A stretch of DNA of 64,000 nt, taken from the IMG/VR virus record IMGVR_UViG_3300025151_000026; one strand, 5' to 3'. Position numbers and translations under genes: made by a program. Positions 1 through 10,409 of this stretch are shown piece after piece (the stretch's first letter is position 1; each line of letters opens with the position of its first letter). Source of the stretch: an uncultured virus (IMG/VR IMGVR_UViG_3300025151_000026) (Duplodnaviria; Heunggongvirae; Uroviricota; Caudoviricetes). Below the pieces are notes generated by a model. It worked only from the letters and a program-made list of their open reading frames with translations. It ran no database searches and was not told the DNA's origin.

Positions 1-13
1 TAAGGCAGATTTA

Positions 14-265
14 ATGAAAGCATATGTGTTTGGAAGTTATAATGTTAGACCACTTCCTGAGTTTCAAGATAGAATGGAATGGGTCGCCACGAGACATAAT
101 GAATTAGTTGGTGAAGATATGGAACCTGAAATGGCTACCCAGCAGACTTTCAATGAACTTACAGATTTAATTCGTAAAAAGGATACTGCAGTGTTTGACA
201 ATAGTTATACTCTGGAAGGCGGTTACGTCGTGGAAGGACAAGAATACGAATGGCCAAAACCATAA
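14..265 (+). CDS. hypothetical protein (start uncertain at window edge)
   Basis: 83-aa ORF ending at the promoter of the next gene. Confidence 0.5.
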   Translation: MKAYVFGSYNVRPLPEFQDRMEWVATRHNELVGEDMEPEMATQQTFNELTDLIRKKDTAVFDNSYTLEGGYVVEGQEYEWPKP

Positions 266-290
266 GTAGGTAGTTGTCATAAGTATATTT

Positions 291-1175
291 ATGGAACCCG
301 AATGGTTGAGAGATCCGGCTATCGTGGGTAACATCGCCGCTATTGCTAAAAACAGAGAAGTAAAGTGGACATGGAATCTTCCCGATGGTAAACAAATTGG
401 AATCCGTCAGACCCGCATCGCTTGGTCACGAGATTTTGAGCGATGGATTACCATGCTGGGTGTAGACCAGAGACATTTAGACATATTTATATCTACTAAT
501 CAACTTAATTGGAAGGCTTTACCTGAATTACCTCCTCCTTATCGTGTCAAAGGCCGGGGCGTGAATACCAAAGGAAGAAAAATGTATGCAGATAGGTGGA
601 AATATTTCTTAACTCCTGCTGGTCTCAAACCATATGGATTAAAGTTTGAAGAAGTCTGGTTAGGCAAGAATATGGTATGGGATTTCGATCATGAAGATTT
701 AAGTGTATCTTTCCAAGATGCTTACCAAGTATATAATTATCTTACCGAGGCAGGTATGAATCCTACCATAGTCTTTTCAGGCAGAAAAGGTTTTCACGTC
801 TGGTTAAATGGTGATGAATCTGCTAAGATGGCAGGTGTTCACTTGCATGATTTGAAAAATAATGAAGACCCCTTGCGTGATATTGGTAAGATTTATGCTC
901 GCACTGTAGCCGATACTACTTTCGCTGCCACAGGAAATGCTCACCCCAGTTTAGACTTAAGTCCTAATTATCGCCAAGGATTAATTCGGTTACCTTATTC
1001 TGTTAACGAACAAATTGTGTGGCCCTTGTCAAAAGAAGAAATAAATGTATTGGCAGAAAATAAGTTCACTAATGCCGACGAAGTTGGTGCCTTACTACAT
1101 TCTTGGCAGAAAGGCAAGATATACTATCGTGCAGGAAATAGATGTTTCCGTAGAATGTTAGATAACTTTGATTAG
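291..1175 (+). CDS. archaeo-eukaryotic primase, PriS-like catalytic subunit
   Basis: AEP motifs VWDFD, FSGRKGFHVW and LIRLPYSVN. Confidence 0.8.
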   Translation: MEPEWLRDPAIVGNIAAIAKNREVKWTWNLPDGKQIGIRQTRIAWSRDFERWITMLGVDQRHLDIFISTNQLNWKALPELPPPYRVKGRGVNTKGRKMYADRWKYFLTPAGLKPYGLKFEEVWLGKNMVWDFDHEDLSVSFQDAYQVYNYLTEAGMNPTIVFSGRKGFHVWLNGDESAKMAGVHLHDLKNNEDPLRDIGKIYARTVADTTFAATGNAHPSLDLSPNYRQGLIRLPYSVNEQIVWPLSKEEINVLAENKFTNADEVGALLHSWQKGKIYYRAGNRCFRRMLDNFD

Positions 1176-1192
1176 TATAAATAAGTGGTAGC
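1176..1192 (+). promoter_or_regulatory. class-B promoter (TATAAATA-like box followed by GxTGGT); further copies at 261, 4969, 5636, 6258, 7169, 11137, 13546, 14646, 15910, 16451, 20980, 22184, 39733, 41475, 48857, 53770
   Basis: Recurrent motif; most copies start 30-31 nt before an ATG. Confidence 0.8.
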
Positions 1193-1205
1193 CTATAGTT
1201 ACCAT

Positions 1206-2075
1206 ATGCCAGAAGGTCCAGAAGTAAAACGCACCACTGAAAGGCTAAATCGCTTTTTACAAGGTAGCAAGTTACAAGAAATTGTCGTAGAAGATGATGG
1301 TTGGTTTCAGAATCAAGTAAGAGATGAAGTAAGTTTATTTTTAAGTGCACTCAATAATGGACCTTTAGAAATTAGATCTGTGAACTGTAAAGGTAAGTTT
1401 ATTTATTTCCAGATTGACAAGTTTGATATCCATCATACATTAGGTATGACAGGAACATGGAGATTTCCCGGACGGGGAGACCACAAACATCGTCGCTTAG
1501 TTCTCAAAACCGATAAAGGCGAAATAACATATGTAGATTATCGTAAGTTTGGAACATTTAAGATATTTCACGATAAACCTGATACTCTAAATAAAAAGTT
1601 GGGCACTTTAGGTCCTGACTTGCTAAATGAAGAGGTGTCAGAAGATTTATTTTTATCACGAATGCGAGGAGAACATACTCGTAAAGGATATAACCATAAA
1701 GAAGTGACCCAAGTCATGATGGACCAGAAAGTAGTAGCCGGTATTGGTAATTATATCAAGGCTGAAGCACTCTACATGGCTAAAATCCACCCTCGTGCTA
1801 AGATTGGAGATTTATCTGATGACGAAATCAAAGAATTAGGTCGTGCTTGTATTTGGGTGATACAAGCCAGTTACAAAGCCCGTGGTGCTACTATCAGAAA
1901 TTATAAATTACCTAATGGCGATGTCGGTGACTACAAGTTTGAGTTCCAAGTTTACTCCCAGAAGACCGATCCTGATGGAAATAAAGTTATTAGAGAAGAA
2001 ACTGCAGATAAAAGAACAACTCATTGGGTCCCTGAAATACAAACCCGGGGCATGACAACACAAAACCATTTATAG
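1206..2075 (+). CDS. Fpg/Nei DNA glycosylase/AP lyase with zinc-less finger
   Basis: N-terminal MPEGPEV (start moved to ATG 1206), KGKF, HTLGMTG, DYRKFG, LGPD, H2TH motif AGIGNYIKAEALY; C-terminal hairpin lacks Cys. Confidence 0.93.
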   Translation: MPEGPEVKRTTERLNRFLQGSKLQEIVVEDDGWFQNQVRDEVSLFLSALNNGPLEIRSVNCKGKFIYFQIDKFDIHHTLGMTGTWRFPGRGDHKHRRLVLKTDKGEITYVDYRKFGTFKIFHDKPDTLNKKLGTLGPDLLNEEVSEDLFLSRMRGEHTRKGYNHKEVTQVMMDQKVVAGIGNYIKAEALYMAKIHPRAKIGDLSDDEIKELGRACIWVIQASYKARGATIRNYKLPNGDVGDYKFEFQVYSQKTDPDGNKVIREETADKRTTHWVPEIQTRGMTTQNHL

Positions 2076-2096
2076 TCGGCAAGATAAATATACACT

Positions 2097-2747
2097 ATGG
2101 GTAGGTTTGAACTGAGGGGTGGAGGTTATACTCCAGACCAAATTGATGGCGTAGTTCGTAATCCCAAAACGGAAGGGTCGGGGCGGATGGCCACTAATGA
2201 TGACAAAGAAAACCTAATTATAGAATTATCTCCAACAGGTGTGGAATCGTATTTGGAAATAGACCACGCTGATGGAAGTGCAGAAGATGTCTATCCTGCT
2301 GTTATTTATTTTCGGCCATCAGCAAATGCTACATGGGCTTCGCCAGACCGAACTCATGGTCAGGTAACGTTAATTTATACCTATAATGACGACGATGACG
2401 AGGACGAAGACGAGGCATACATAGAAAAATATATCAATATCATGCCTTCTGATTGGAAAGTAACTGATTGGTGGTATGATACGCAATACGATCGCAACAA
2501 GGCTGTCCCTGAACAAGATTTAGCAAAAATATTTGATGATTATGAACTACGAGAGCAAGTCACAGATAAAGGAAATATGTGGTTGTTTAATCCCAACAGT
2601 GTTTATCGCTGGCCTGATATTATGTTAGACCACGAAATGGGAAAAGTATTGTGGGGCGATGAAAAAGTAAAAGAGCGAATGCGTAATAGAATTACTTTTG
2701 ATTTCCTGAGTGCACCGCAATCAATTAACAGGAGGAAAGTTATATGA
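2097..2747 (+). CDS. hypothetical protein, C-terminal SIN tag
   Basis: 216-aa ORF overlapping the next start (ATGA). Confidence 0.7.
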   Translation: MGRFELRGGGYTPDQIDGVVRNPKTEGSGRMATNDDKENLIIELSPTGVESYLEIDHADGSAEDVYPAVIYFRPSANATWASPDRTHGQVTLIYTYNDDDDEDEDEAYIEKYINIMPSDWKVTDWWYDTQYDRNKAVPEQDLAKIFDDYELREQVTDKGNMWLFNPNSVYRWPDIMLDHEMGKVLWGDEKVKERMRNRITFDFLSAPQSINRRKVI

Positions 2748-3346
2748 GTGTCATCAACTATGTTTCTGGCGATAGGTATGTCTTACTTATTGTGAACCAG
2801 AACGCTGCTCAGGTATGGGGCACTCAAGATGCATTAGTAAAAGGATATCGCATTTCAGGAGAAAAAGAAAAGAAGACTTCGGCTTTAGAAGATGTGTTTG
2901 TGTTTCCCAGTATTGATAAATGTCTTAGCATGATTCAAGAATATGTAGATCTACAAGCCGACATGAGAGAACCACAAGTAAAACAAGGCGGAGAATATGA
3001 AGGCAGGTATGTAGCAGTATCAGCAGGACCTCTAAATGATTTCAAAGAGTCTGAAAGCACATTTCTACATTTAGATTCAGATAATAATGAGTCTCACTGG
3101 TATTTCAAAACTGATGGCCCTCCAGCGCAAGATAATTGTGATGGAAAACTAATTACTCGGAAAATAACGTATCCTGTAAAACAAGTAACTCCACAAATAA
3201 AAGATTATGTTACTGAAAGATCAGAGGCAGGTTTAGCCACTCAAGGACATATAACTTTATGGGCACAACAGAAAGATTTAGATAGTCGTAGACAAGATAT
3301 TAGATTATACGAGTGGTTAATTATACCAGTGGAGGGATATGAATGA
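2744..3346 (+). CDS. hypothetical protein, N-terminal VINY tag
   Basis: 200-aa ORF, GGAGG RBS, coupled overlap. Confidence 0.7.
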   Translation: MSVINYVSGDRYVLLIVNQNAAQVWGTQDALVKGYRISGEKEKKTSALEDVFVFPSIDKCLSMIQEYVDLQADMREPQVKQGGEYEGRYVAVSAGPLNDFKESESTFLHLDSDNNESHWYFKTDGPPAQDNCDGKLITRKITYPVKQVTPQIKDYVTERSEAGLATQGHITLWAQQKDLDSRRQDIRLYEWLIIPVEGYE

Positions 3347-3705
3347 GTGGAGTAATCAATTGGCTCAAAGGTAACACCGTTTATATTGTAACTTTAACTC
3401 TTTACGGAGATCCTGATGGACATCTTGATAGTATTGCCGAATCGGAGTTGTCGGAACATAGGAACTCACCGTTTCAACAATGGATATTTAATTCAGGAGA
3501 GGAAGCCATAGATGCTTCTCAAGCCATCGCTGCTGCCATAGATAAAAAGATTGGACAAAAATTAGGCGTAAGATTAAAGGAAGATATCATGAGAGGTAGT
3601 CAAGATATAATTTTATGTGTAGAACTATATGATGAATCTGATGATACTGTGCAAATGAGATTATATGTAACTGCTTTCCAAAAGCAAGGTAGGGAGTGGG
3701 TTTAA
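3343..3705 (+). CDS. hypothetical protein, N-terminal VINW tag
   Basis: 120-aa ORF, GGAGG RBS, coupled overlap. Confidence 0.7.
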   Translation: MSGVINWLKGNTVYIVTLTLYGDPDGHLDSIAESELSEHRNSPFQQWIFNSGEEAIDASQAIAAAIDKKIGQKLGVRLKEDIMRGSQDIILCVELYDESDDTVQMRLYVTAFQKQGREWV

Positions 3706-4778
3706 TGGGATATCGTAGTCACGGGTTCTTTGCCCTTCCTACTAAATATGTTCCCGAATTGGAACGTAGAATTAAGGAAGCCGAGATTAATTGGATGTTA
3801 AAAGATGACGGCGAGGTAGATTGGAGTAATTTTGATGAACGAGAAGAGATTCCTGCTGAGAATGGTGCCCCAGAGATGACTAAGTTTAGTTATAATAGTT
3901 GGAAATGGTATTCTGGATATGATGTTCCTATGATTGTAGAAAGAATCTTGAGTGAAATAGGTCAGGGAGAAACTTATGCCTCGCCTGAAGATGTTGATAC
4001 CTTTAAAGACGTGACTGTAGTGTATGAATATAGATTTATCAACTATCGTGACAAAGAAGTTATGGGTTCTGCAGTTTATCATGAAGAAGAACCTGTGGCT
4101 TTCGTGCGTGTGGGTGAGGAGTTTGGCGATGTAGATCTAATGACTAATTGGTATGATATGTATCAGACTACATATGTAAGTAACCACCCGGTTACCGAAG
4201 ATGCACCATCTACAACTGTGGCTTTACAAGTTACACACCCAAATAAAGCATTAGTAGAAAAGTATCTTGCCGATTATATTGAAATGGCTACCAAAGTGCT
4301 GAATAAATCTATGTCTATCAATGACAAGTTCGTTGAACCAGATACCATACAAGGACCTACCATGACTGAACCTCGTAGATATAATCCTAAAACACAACAA
4401 TATGACAAGAAGAATATATGGCAAGGAGAAGTTTTCTTTGCATGGACGACTGATATTGCTATTTATAATAAAAATAGAAAAGATTTAATGGAAGCCGTGG
4501 AGAAAATAGAAAAGTGGATTGTTAAAGATAGTAGAACTACTTTATTTACGCAAGGGCCATTTGAAGAATATACTCATACTAACAGAGATGGCACTGTAGA
4601 TATTAGGAAAAATAGATTATCAGACTTATTGTTTGGTGCATGGTCATTCTTTGAAGATTCTGAACCTGCTACTTATCACGGAAATGCTCCTAACGAATCC
4701 GCAGAAATAGATTATGAACCTGTAGATTATTGGGACTGGGATATCTATCCCAGCAGTGATTACTACTCGTCGATCTGA
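3705..4778 (+). CDS. hypothetical acidic protein
   Basis: Long ORF; ATG overlaps the upstream TAA (MGYRSHG start). Confidence 0.7.
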   Translation: MGYRSHGFFALPTKYVPELERRIKEAEINWMLKDDGEVDWSNFDEREEIPAENGAPEMTKFSYNSWKWYSGYDVPMIVERILSEIGQGETYASPEDVDTFKDVTVVYEYRFINYRDKEVMGSAVYHEEEPVAFVRVGEEFGDVDLMTNWYDMYQTTYVSNHPVTEDAPSTTVALQVTHPNKALVEKYLADYIEMATKVLNKSMSINDKFVEPDTIQGPTMTEPRRYNPKTQQYDKKNIWQGEVFFAWTTDIAIYNKNRKDLMEAVEKIEKWIVKDSRTTLFTQGPFEEYTHTNRDGTVDIRKNRLSDLLFGAWSFFEDSEPATYHGNAPNESAEIDYEPVDYWDWDIYPSSDYYSSI

Positions 4779-4811
4779 AGTTATAAATATGTTTGTAAAG
4801 AAGGTAGTAAC

Positions 4812-4967
4812 ATGAGTTTGCGTCAATATGCTGAAAGAATGGTTATCTGCCGAGGTTGTCCTGAACTAACTCGGAAATTATTAGGTAGTTTCTGCAATAT
4901 TTGTGGGTGCAATATGAAATTAAAAACCCAAGTGCCATCTGCTAAATGTCCGTTAGGCAAGTGGTAA
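4812..4967 (+). CDS. small Cys-rich protein, DUF6171-like
   Basis: Translated by hand (51 aa): CRGC...CNICGC...CPLGKW. Confidence 0.65.
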   Translation: MSLRQYAERMVICRGCPELTRKLLGSFCNICGCNMKLKTQVPSAKCPLGKW

Positions 4968-4998
4968 ATATAAATAACAGGTCACACTATATCTTGTT

Positions 4999-5640
4999 AT
5001 GGTTGGTTTTGGACCCGGGCAGGATAAATTAGCCATGCCAATAACTACTATTATGGGACGCATAATTATCTCACCTGTCAGCACTATCAATTATTATTTC
5101 AATACTGATTATTACCAATGGATGGCACAACATGAAACCGAGTTAAAGAATATCCACAACATGAATTGGTGGAGGGCACAGAAAAATGAACAGGAAAGAA
5201 ATATGCCTCGCCATGCTAATCGCTCACCGAATTGGATACCAAGTCGGATAATAAATATTAGAGACAAACTTATTGAAACACAGTTATCATATTTATTTGG
5301 TGACAAAGACTGGAATGAGAAACCTTTCTCTAACGATCTAAACTGCAGACATTGTAATGTTTACATGGAAGATATTAGTGAATATATTTCTAAAGTAACT
5401 GACTCCTTAGATGATATTTGGAACTGGCATAATGATGACCAAAAAGATTTTGAACCCTCTCTTCAGCAAGTTTTAGATTTCTATGATGACAAATATCCTG
5501 AATTAGTAAAAGAAAAGGCTCGCTTAAATCTACCTACATATGGAAGTCGCACTATGGTGGGTCACATAAATGGTTTCTGCCATGTTTGTTGGGAAGATAT
5601 TATAAAACCACAGTTGGGTTGGGACAATCGGTTAGTATAA
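4999..5640 (+). CDS. hypothetical protein with two CxxC pairs
   Basis: 213-aa ORF; TATA box 30 nt upstream. Confidence 0.65.
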   Translation: MVGFGPGQDKLAMPITTIMGRIIISPVSTINYYFNTDYYQWMAQHETELKNIHNMNWWRAQKNEQERNMPRHANRSPNWIPSRIINIRDKLIETQLSYLFGDKDWNEKPFSNDLNCRHCNVYMEDISEYISKVTDSLDDIWNWHNDDQKDFEPSLQQVLDFYDDKYPELVKEKARLNLPTYGSRTMVGHINGFCHVCWEDIIKPQLGWDNRLV

Positions 5641-5665
5641 GTAAGTGGTAGCCCGAAGATACAAC

Positions 5666-6262
5666 ATGGACGACTTTGAAATTGAGGTTCATAGTGTGCC
5701 TGTAGGCAAGGCTATGACTGGTTTTGAGGTTTACGAACCGGGGATTGAGGTCAAAGTTACTGAAATCAGAAAACGTTGGCAACCTATTTATGCTTATTGT
5801 CCTGAATGCACTCAAACTACAGAATATGATAGTCGTTGGAAGGAAAACCGACAGCGCAAGATGGCTCGGGACGATTATAGACAAAACTTTAAGCAAAAAG
5901 AATGTGCTGACAGTCCTACAGGTTGGACTAATCAATGTCTTAACTGCGGTTTTGAGATGAAAGATACTACTGAACAAGAACGAGAACAAGAGGAAGACCG
6001 TGGCGAAGATGCTGAGATCGAATGGATGAATACAGGATATATGTATGAAGGCGGTTGGTGGCTGAGCATGGATAAAATTAAAGAAATGCTAAAAACAGGC
6101 AACAGCAGCCCAGTAGAAATAAACTTCGCTTTCGTAATAGAGGGACAAACCCGATTGTTACCATATGATAAACTCAGGGAAGTCATTAAATCAAAAACTA
6201 TTTTGAATCGTGAGGGTAGTAATGACCTTGGATTCCCTATTCATATCTTTAGAACATTATAA
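5666..6262 (+). CDS. hypothetical Zn-binding protein
   Basis: CPEC and CLNC motifs; start reassigned to the ATG 30 nt after the TATA at 5636. Confidence 0.65.
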   Translation: MDDFEIEVHSVPVGKAMTGFEVYEPGIEVKVTEIRKRWQPIYAYCPECTQTTEYDSRWKENRQRKMARDDYRQNFKQKECADSPTGWTNQCLNCGFEMKDTTEQEREQEEDRGEDAEIEWMNTGYMYEGGWWLSMDKIKEMLKTGNSSPVEINFAFVIEGQTRLLPYDKLREVIKSKTILNREGSNDLGFPIHIFRTL

Positions 6263-6288
6263 ATAGTTGGCAGCAGGAAGTGATAACT

Positions 6289-6576
6289 ATGATTAATCAG
6301 CCATGGGCTAAAAGAAATTGGTATACATGGGTTAATGCTTATACTTCAGGAACTAATGATACACTAATCAATCTTAGTGAAAATACTACTACCATAGATC
6401 TCAATCAAGTCGTCAGTTGGAATATCCGTAATAGGTTCGGTGGGCCTAAGTTAAGGGTAGAACTAACCGTTACCTTGACTAATGGAAAGATGTTTACATT
6501 TTATGATGACGTGCCTGAACAGATATTTCAGACCGAGGCTTTCTTCAAAGCCATGGCAGATGCTAACTTATTGTAG
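6289..6576 (+). CDS. hypothetical protein
   Basis: ATG 31 nt after TATAAATAGTTGG. Confidence 0.6.
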   Translation: MINQPWAKRNWYTWVNAYTSGTNDTLINLSENTTTIDLNQVVSWNIRNRFGGPKLRVELTVTLTNGKMFTFYDDVPEQIFQTEAFFKAMADANLL

Positions 6577-6581
6577 GTGAA

Positions 6582-6692
6582 ATGATGACAGAGTGGATTC
6601 AAATCGGTGGGCCTTGTCGTCGTCAATGCGATGTAGATAAAGATACTTTAGTGTGTCAAACTTGTGGAATGTATTATGGAAGGGCTGAGTAA
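6582..6692 (+). CDS. small Cys-rich protein
   Basis: GGTGA RBS; MMTEWIQIGGPCRRQCDVDKDTLVCQTCGMYYGRAE. Confidence 0.5.
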   Translation: MMTEWIQIGGPCRRQCDVDKDTLVCQTCGMYYGRAE

Positions 6693-6694
6693 TA

Positions 6695-7165
6695 ATGTTC
6701 CAAACTTATCGTGTGCTGTTAATGGGCGTTCCCACTATACGAAGAGTTGATGGATTAAGCCAAGCAGGTGCTGTTCACGATTGGATATCTGCTCGTGATG
6801 TGCATGAAGTTTATTATTCTGGGTTCGGAGATAAGTTTGATATGTTTATAAACAAGGTAACAGGCATTAGGGACGATATTCTTACTAATCCTAAAAATCC
6901 CCAAATGTTAAGTGCACTCTTTGGTAATACTTGGCCAAGGTTTTACAATACCGTATCTAAAGGAAATAAAAATATAATTAACTACCAAAATAAAATCTTG
7001 CCTCTGTTTCCGATCGCTGTAGATGTAGTCATCGTTCTTACCAATCCACAATATCGCCGTCAAATGAAAAACAATCCTAACAAGTTGGCTTGGAAGGCAT
7101 GGTATGATGCTCGTAACATTCCAGTCTTGTTTATGAAAGAAGATGGCATCTTTGATTCACTCTAA
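6695..7165 (+). CDS. hypothetical protein
   Basis: 156-aa ORF in operon. Confidence 0.6.
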   Translation: MFQTYRVLLMGVPTIRRVDGLSQAGAVHDWISARDVHEVYYSGFGDKFDMFINKVTGIRDDILTNPKNPQMLSALFGNTWPRFYNTVSKGNKNIINYQNKILPLFPIAVDVVIVLTNPQYRRQMKNNPNKLAWKAWYDARNIPVLFMKEDGIFDSL

Positions 7166-7198
7166 GAATATAAATAGTAGGCGCATAGTATTTATTTT

Positions 7199-8083
7199 AT
7201 GGTCGTGCTGCCCAGTCCCTATGCTTATGCGTGGTTTGAAGCACCACGAGAGTATAATTTAGAAGTTAAGGTGGGCTGTAAAGACCCCAACAGCGTAGAC
7301 TATTGTGAAGATTGTCAAGTAGAAGATAATTCTCGTTGTGGTCCTTGTAATGCAGGCTGGACTAAAATTAATGACCCTAATATGAAATGTTGGGCTGTTG
7401 GAAGTATGACTGTAGACTGTGCTGCTGGGACGATATTTTACCACCCGATGGGATGTCGCACATCAGATAGTTATACTGGAAACGATTGCACCTGCGGTGG
7501 CAAAGATGCTTTTGAGGGTTGTGGGCAACAGATTGACCCCCGAAATCGCAAGTTTCAAAACCGCAAGCAAGATGTTACCTCTAAGAATCCACAAGTTAAA
7601 TATAAACCATCAAAAGGAAAACCGGGGTATGTAAAGTCATATGGAGGTAATTATTCTTATGACCGTGTGCTGTGGGGTGTCACTTCTGATGGAAGTCCAG
7701 TGTTTAAGCAAGGTAGTAGTGATTGGAACCAAAGCACGGAAGCGTCGGGTGGTTTAATCAAAGAAAAAGTTTATGATATAGTTAAAGCCAACTGTGGTGG
7801 AACTGTGACTCGGGTAGAACTAACTGAAGACGATCGTAAATCTATTCCACCAATTTTAGGAGTTACTACTTCCGTAGCAGGTCCATCAGTAACGTCTACG
7901 GCGGCAACACCAGCGTCGGGACTATCAAATACATCTATTTCAACTCAAAGTAGTGTTATCTCACCTGTTACTTCAGGAACACAAGAAGATGAGGGTGAAA
8001 CACCATCTTTAGCAGGATTAATCTGGCCAATAGCAGGCGTAATAGGTTTATTAGGCTTCATGAAACTACGAGGTGGTAAATAA
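7199..8083 (+). CDS. Cys-rich protein with S/T linker and C-terminal membrane anchor (putative virion surface protein)
   Basis: About 12 Cys in the N-terminal half, S/T-rich stalk, TM LIWPIAGVIGLLGFM followed by basic residues. Confidence 0.7.
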   Translation: MVVLPSPYAYAWFEAPREYNLEVKVGCKDPNSVDYCEDCQVEDNSRCGPCNAGWTKINDPNMKCWAVGSMTVDCAAGTIFYHPMGCRTSDSYTGNDCTCGGKDAFEGCGQQIDPRNRKFQNRKQDVTSKNPQVKYKPSKGKPGYVKSYGGNYSYDRVLWGVTSDGSPVFKQGSSDWNQSTEASGGLIKEKVYDIVKANCGGTVTRVELTEDDRKSIPPILGVTTSVAGPSVTSTAATPASGLSNTSISTQSSVISPVTSGTQEDEGETPSLAGLIWPIAGVIGLLGFMKLRGGK

Positions 8084-9564
8084 TGAGGTCAGGTATACTG
8101 CGCTGTGTCAATATTATGGAAGATACTTGGCAAGAAATGGGCGAAGAAATTGTGCAACACGTTGTAGATTATACTGATTGGTGGCAGAATGATTTAACAA
8201 ATAAATATTTATTGAAAGATAGGGATCCGGCTAACATTAATTGGGACGAAATGTTTTATGAGTTCTTAGAAAGATTTATGAAAGAGGCTCATACAGCAGA
8301 TGCTGACTATATTCATTGTAGTAGAGTCCTGTTCGGTGAAAAGGATTTCATTGTAGATACCGAACATTTAGGAGGATATCATCGCACCTTCCCAGCAGAT
8401 TTAGAAGATGCACTCAAAGTAGGTAGTGGTGTAGGTAACAGCGAAATGACTTCGTGGACTTACTCCGATGATGCTTATTTAGATATGGTCTTTGGCATAG
8501 CCCAAGACGGAGATTTTATTGATAATAGTATGGCAGCAGATAAAGTAGTAATCAACGCTGTAGTGGCTATTGATGATGTTGATTGGCCGACGACTATTGC
8601 TAACAACTTGTCACCCTATTGGAAAGAATATGAATTAGTGATTCCACACAACACTCCAATCTATGATATAGATATATTGCGTAATGGTGAACCCATGACA
8701 ACCATGGAAGAAACTAAAGCCGCAGAATGGAGTAATGCTACTGTTACCAGTTCAGTCCACGAGATGATAGAAATGTTGGGAAGAGATAAAAATAAGAAAA
8801 ACCGTATGCCTGTAGGTCGTTGGGCCGCAGAAGATGATCGAAAACAAAGAATAAGAGAATTAGCCGATGCTCGTAATAAAGATGTAGACCCTGATAAGGT
8901 GGAAGCCGCTAAGAAAGGGGCAAAATCTGATTACATCGGTCAATGGAAGCGAACTCCTAACTTGCCTAAGTTTCCACCGGCTGGTCAAACATGGTGTGGA
9001 TTACAACCTTTTTATGATATCTTGGTAAAGCAAGACCAACAGCGTAAAAGTAAATATAAGAGATTAGGCACAGCCTTGAAACCTGCTGTGCAGTTAGTAG
9101 TCACTGATGGTGCAGGTATTGGAAACCAAGAGTTTATTACTGGCCCAAGAGGGACAGATGTAGCCTATACACAATACCAACGCAAGTGTAAAGCCTGCGG
9201 ACAAGGCTGGGTAGCATCACAAAAAGACGTAGATAGAGGAACTAAAGCAAAAGAACGATGTTGGAAGTGTGGGGCCGTGAATAATTATACTGAAAACAAA
9301 GCCAATATTGCTTACAGAGAAATTAAGTTTCCTGTAACTACGCCGGGGTGTAATGACACAGTAGCATATGTATCTTTAACAGGAGAACCTGCTAAAAAAT
9401 TGGAATCAGTGTTGCGTCCGGGATCTGTGATTGAGGTGCAAGGTTGGATTAAACCAAACAAAGAATGGAAATATAAAAATAACAAGAAATACTTAGTAGA
9501 TGCCTTGTTGATTACTTTGGGAAGCACACAACACGGTGGATATGTTAAACTTATCAAGAGATGA
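8083..9564 (+). CDS. multi-module hypothetical protein: acidic domain plus Zn-ribbon / possible OB-fold domain, joined by AAE linkers
   Basis: Abrupt acidic-to-basic switch around TKAAEW and RWAAED; CKAC and CWKC; LRPGSVIEVQGWI. Confidence 0.65.
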   Translation: MRSGILRCVNIMEDTWQEMGEEIVQHVVDYTDWWQNDLTNKYLLKDRDPANINWDEMFYEFLERFMKEAHTADADYIHCSRVLFGEKDFIVDTEHLGGYHRTFPADLEDALKVGSGVGNSEMTSWTYSDDAYLDMVFGIAQDGDFIDNSMAADKVVINAVVAIDDVDWPTTIANNLSPYWKEYELVIPHNTPIYDIDILRNGEPMTTMEETKAAEWSNATVTSSVHEMIEMLGRDKNKKNRMPVGRWAAEDDRKQRIRELADARNKDVDPDKVEAAKKGAKSDYIGQWKRTPNLPKFPPAGQTWCGLQPFYDILVKQDQQRKSKYKRLGTALKPAVQLVVTDGAGIGNQEFITGPRGTDVAYTQYQRKCKACGQGWVASQKDVDRGTKAKERCWKCGAVNNYTENKANIAYREIKFPVTTPGCNDTVAYVSLTGEPAKKLESVLRPGSVIEVQGWIKPNKEWKYKNNKKYLVDALLITLGSTQHGGYVKLIKR

Positions 9565-9569
9565 TAACA

Positions 9570-10061
9570 ATGACAGGTGTAATTAACTATCTTCGGGAAA
9601 AAGGTGGCACAACCGAAGGTGTTTATATTTGCACAGATTGGTATGACAACGAATTATCTTATTACTTAGGTCTATGGCCGAAAGATAGAGACAGAATGGA
9701 ACGAAGTTTCCGAGAAGAAGTGGGAGAATGGTTACAAAATGCATCATCATATGATGAAGGTGAGATAAGTATATCTGGAATATTGGAAGACGGTAAGTTT
9801 TTCACGGAAGATTGGAATGCACACGAAATCCAAAATACTGAAGAGGTATTGAACCGAATTATGGAATTAGTAAAAATGTGCAGCGATCCTGAAACCCTAC
9901 CTTGGCCAAAAATAAAAGAAGCCAAAGAACAAATTATTAGAGCCAAAGCAAAAGGTGGGACGGGAACTGGTGCTATAATGTTGTTTGGTATGAGGGCTTG
10001 GTATACTTATGATGGCTTATCAGATAAACAATGGGATTTACAATATTTGTTTGAGGTGTGA
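9570..10061 (+). CDS. hypothetical protein, N-terminal VINY tag
   Basis: ORF in operon; start MTGVINY preferred. Confidence 0.65.
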   Translation: MTGVINYLREKGGTTEGVYICTDWYDNELSYYLGLWPKDRDRMERSFREEVGEWLQNASSYDEGEISISGILEDGKFFTEDWNAHEIQNTEEVLNRIMELVKMCSDPETLPWPKIKEAKEQIIRAKAKGGTGTGAIMLFGMRAWYTYDGLSDKQWDLQYLFEV

Positions 10062-10063
10062 TT

Positions 10064-10243
10064 ATGAATACAATTAACTGGTTTCAAAGCAATCGTCTTT
10101 ACGCCTTGTTACAACAGCAAGTTATGAAGAAAAAGGAACAAGATTATTACGAAGGTAAATTAACTCCCGAGGAAGAAGCCGAAATGTTGGCCTTCCTTGA
10201 ACTTTACATAGATAATGAATACTCACCGGAGGAATTGGAATGA
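10064..10243 (+). CDS. small hypothetical protein, N-terminal TINW tag
   Basis: GAGGTG RBS; MNTINWF. Confidence 0.6.
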   Translation: MNTINWFQSNRLYALLQQQVMKKKEQDYYEGKLTPEEEAEMLAFLELYIDNEYSPEELE

Positions 10244-10401
10244 TCATTAATTGGAATCTGCCAAAACTAATGAAGTTGCTGGGTGGCATTACGAGTCAAG
10301 AACAAGAAATTATAGAAATGATGGACGAAACAGGTTTATCTCGTGAGGAAATAGAAAGCATTATTGGTTCAGTAGATAGTATGGATGCATTGAACAAGTA
10401 G
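10240..10401 (+). CDS. small hypothetical protein, N-terminal IINW tag
   Basis: 53-aa ORF translated by hand (MIINWNLPKL...), GGAGG RBS, ATGA overlap. Confidence 0.6.
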   Translation: MIINWNLPKLMKLLGGITSQEQEIIEMMDETGLSREEIESIIGSVDSMDALNK

Positions 10402-10409
10402 GTGGTGAC

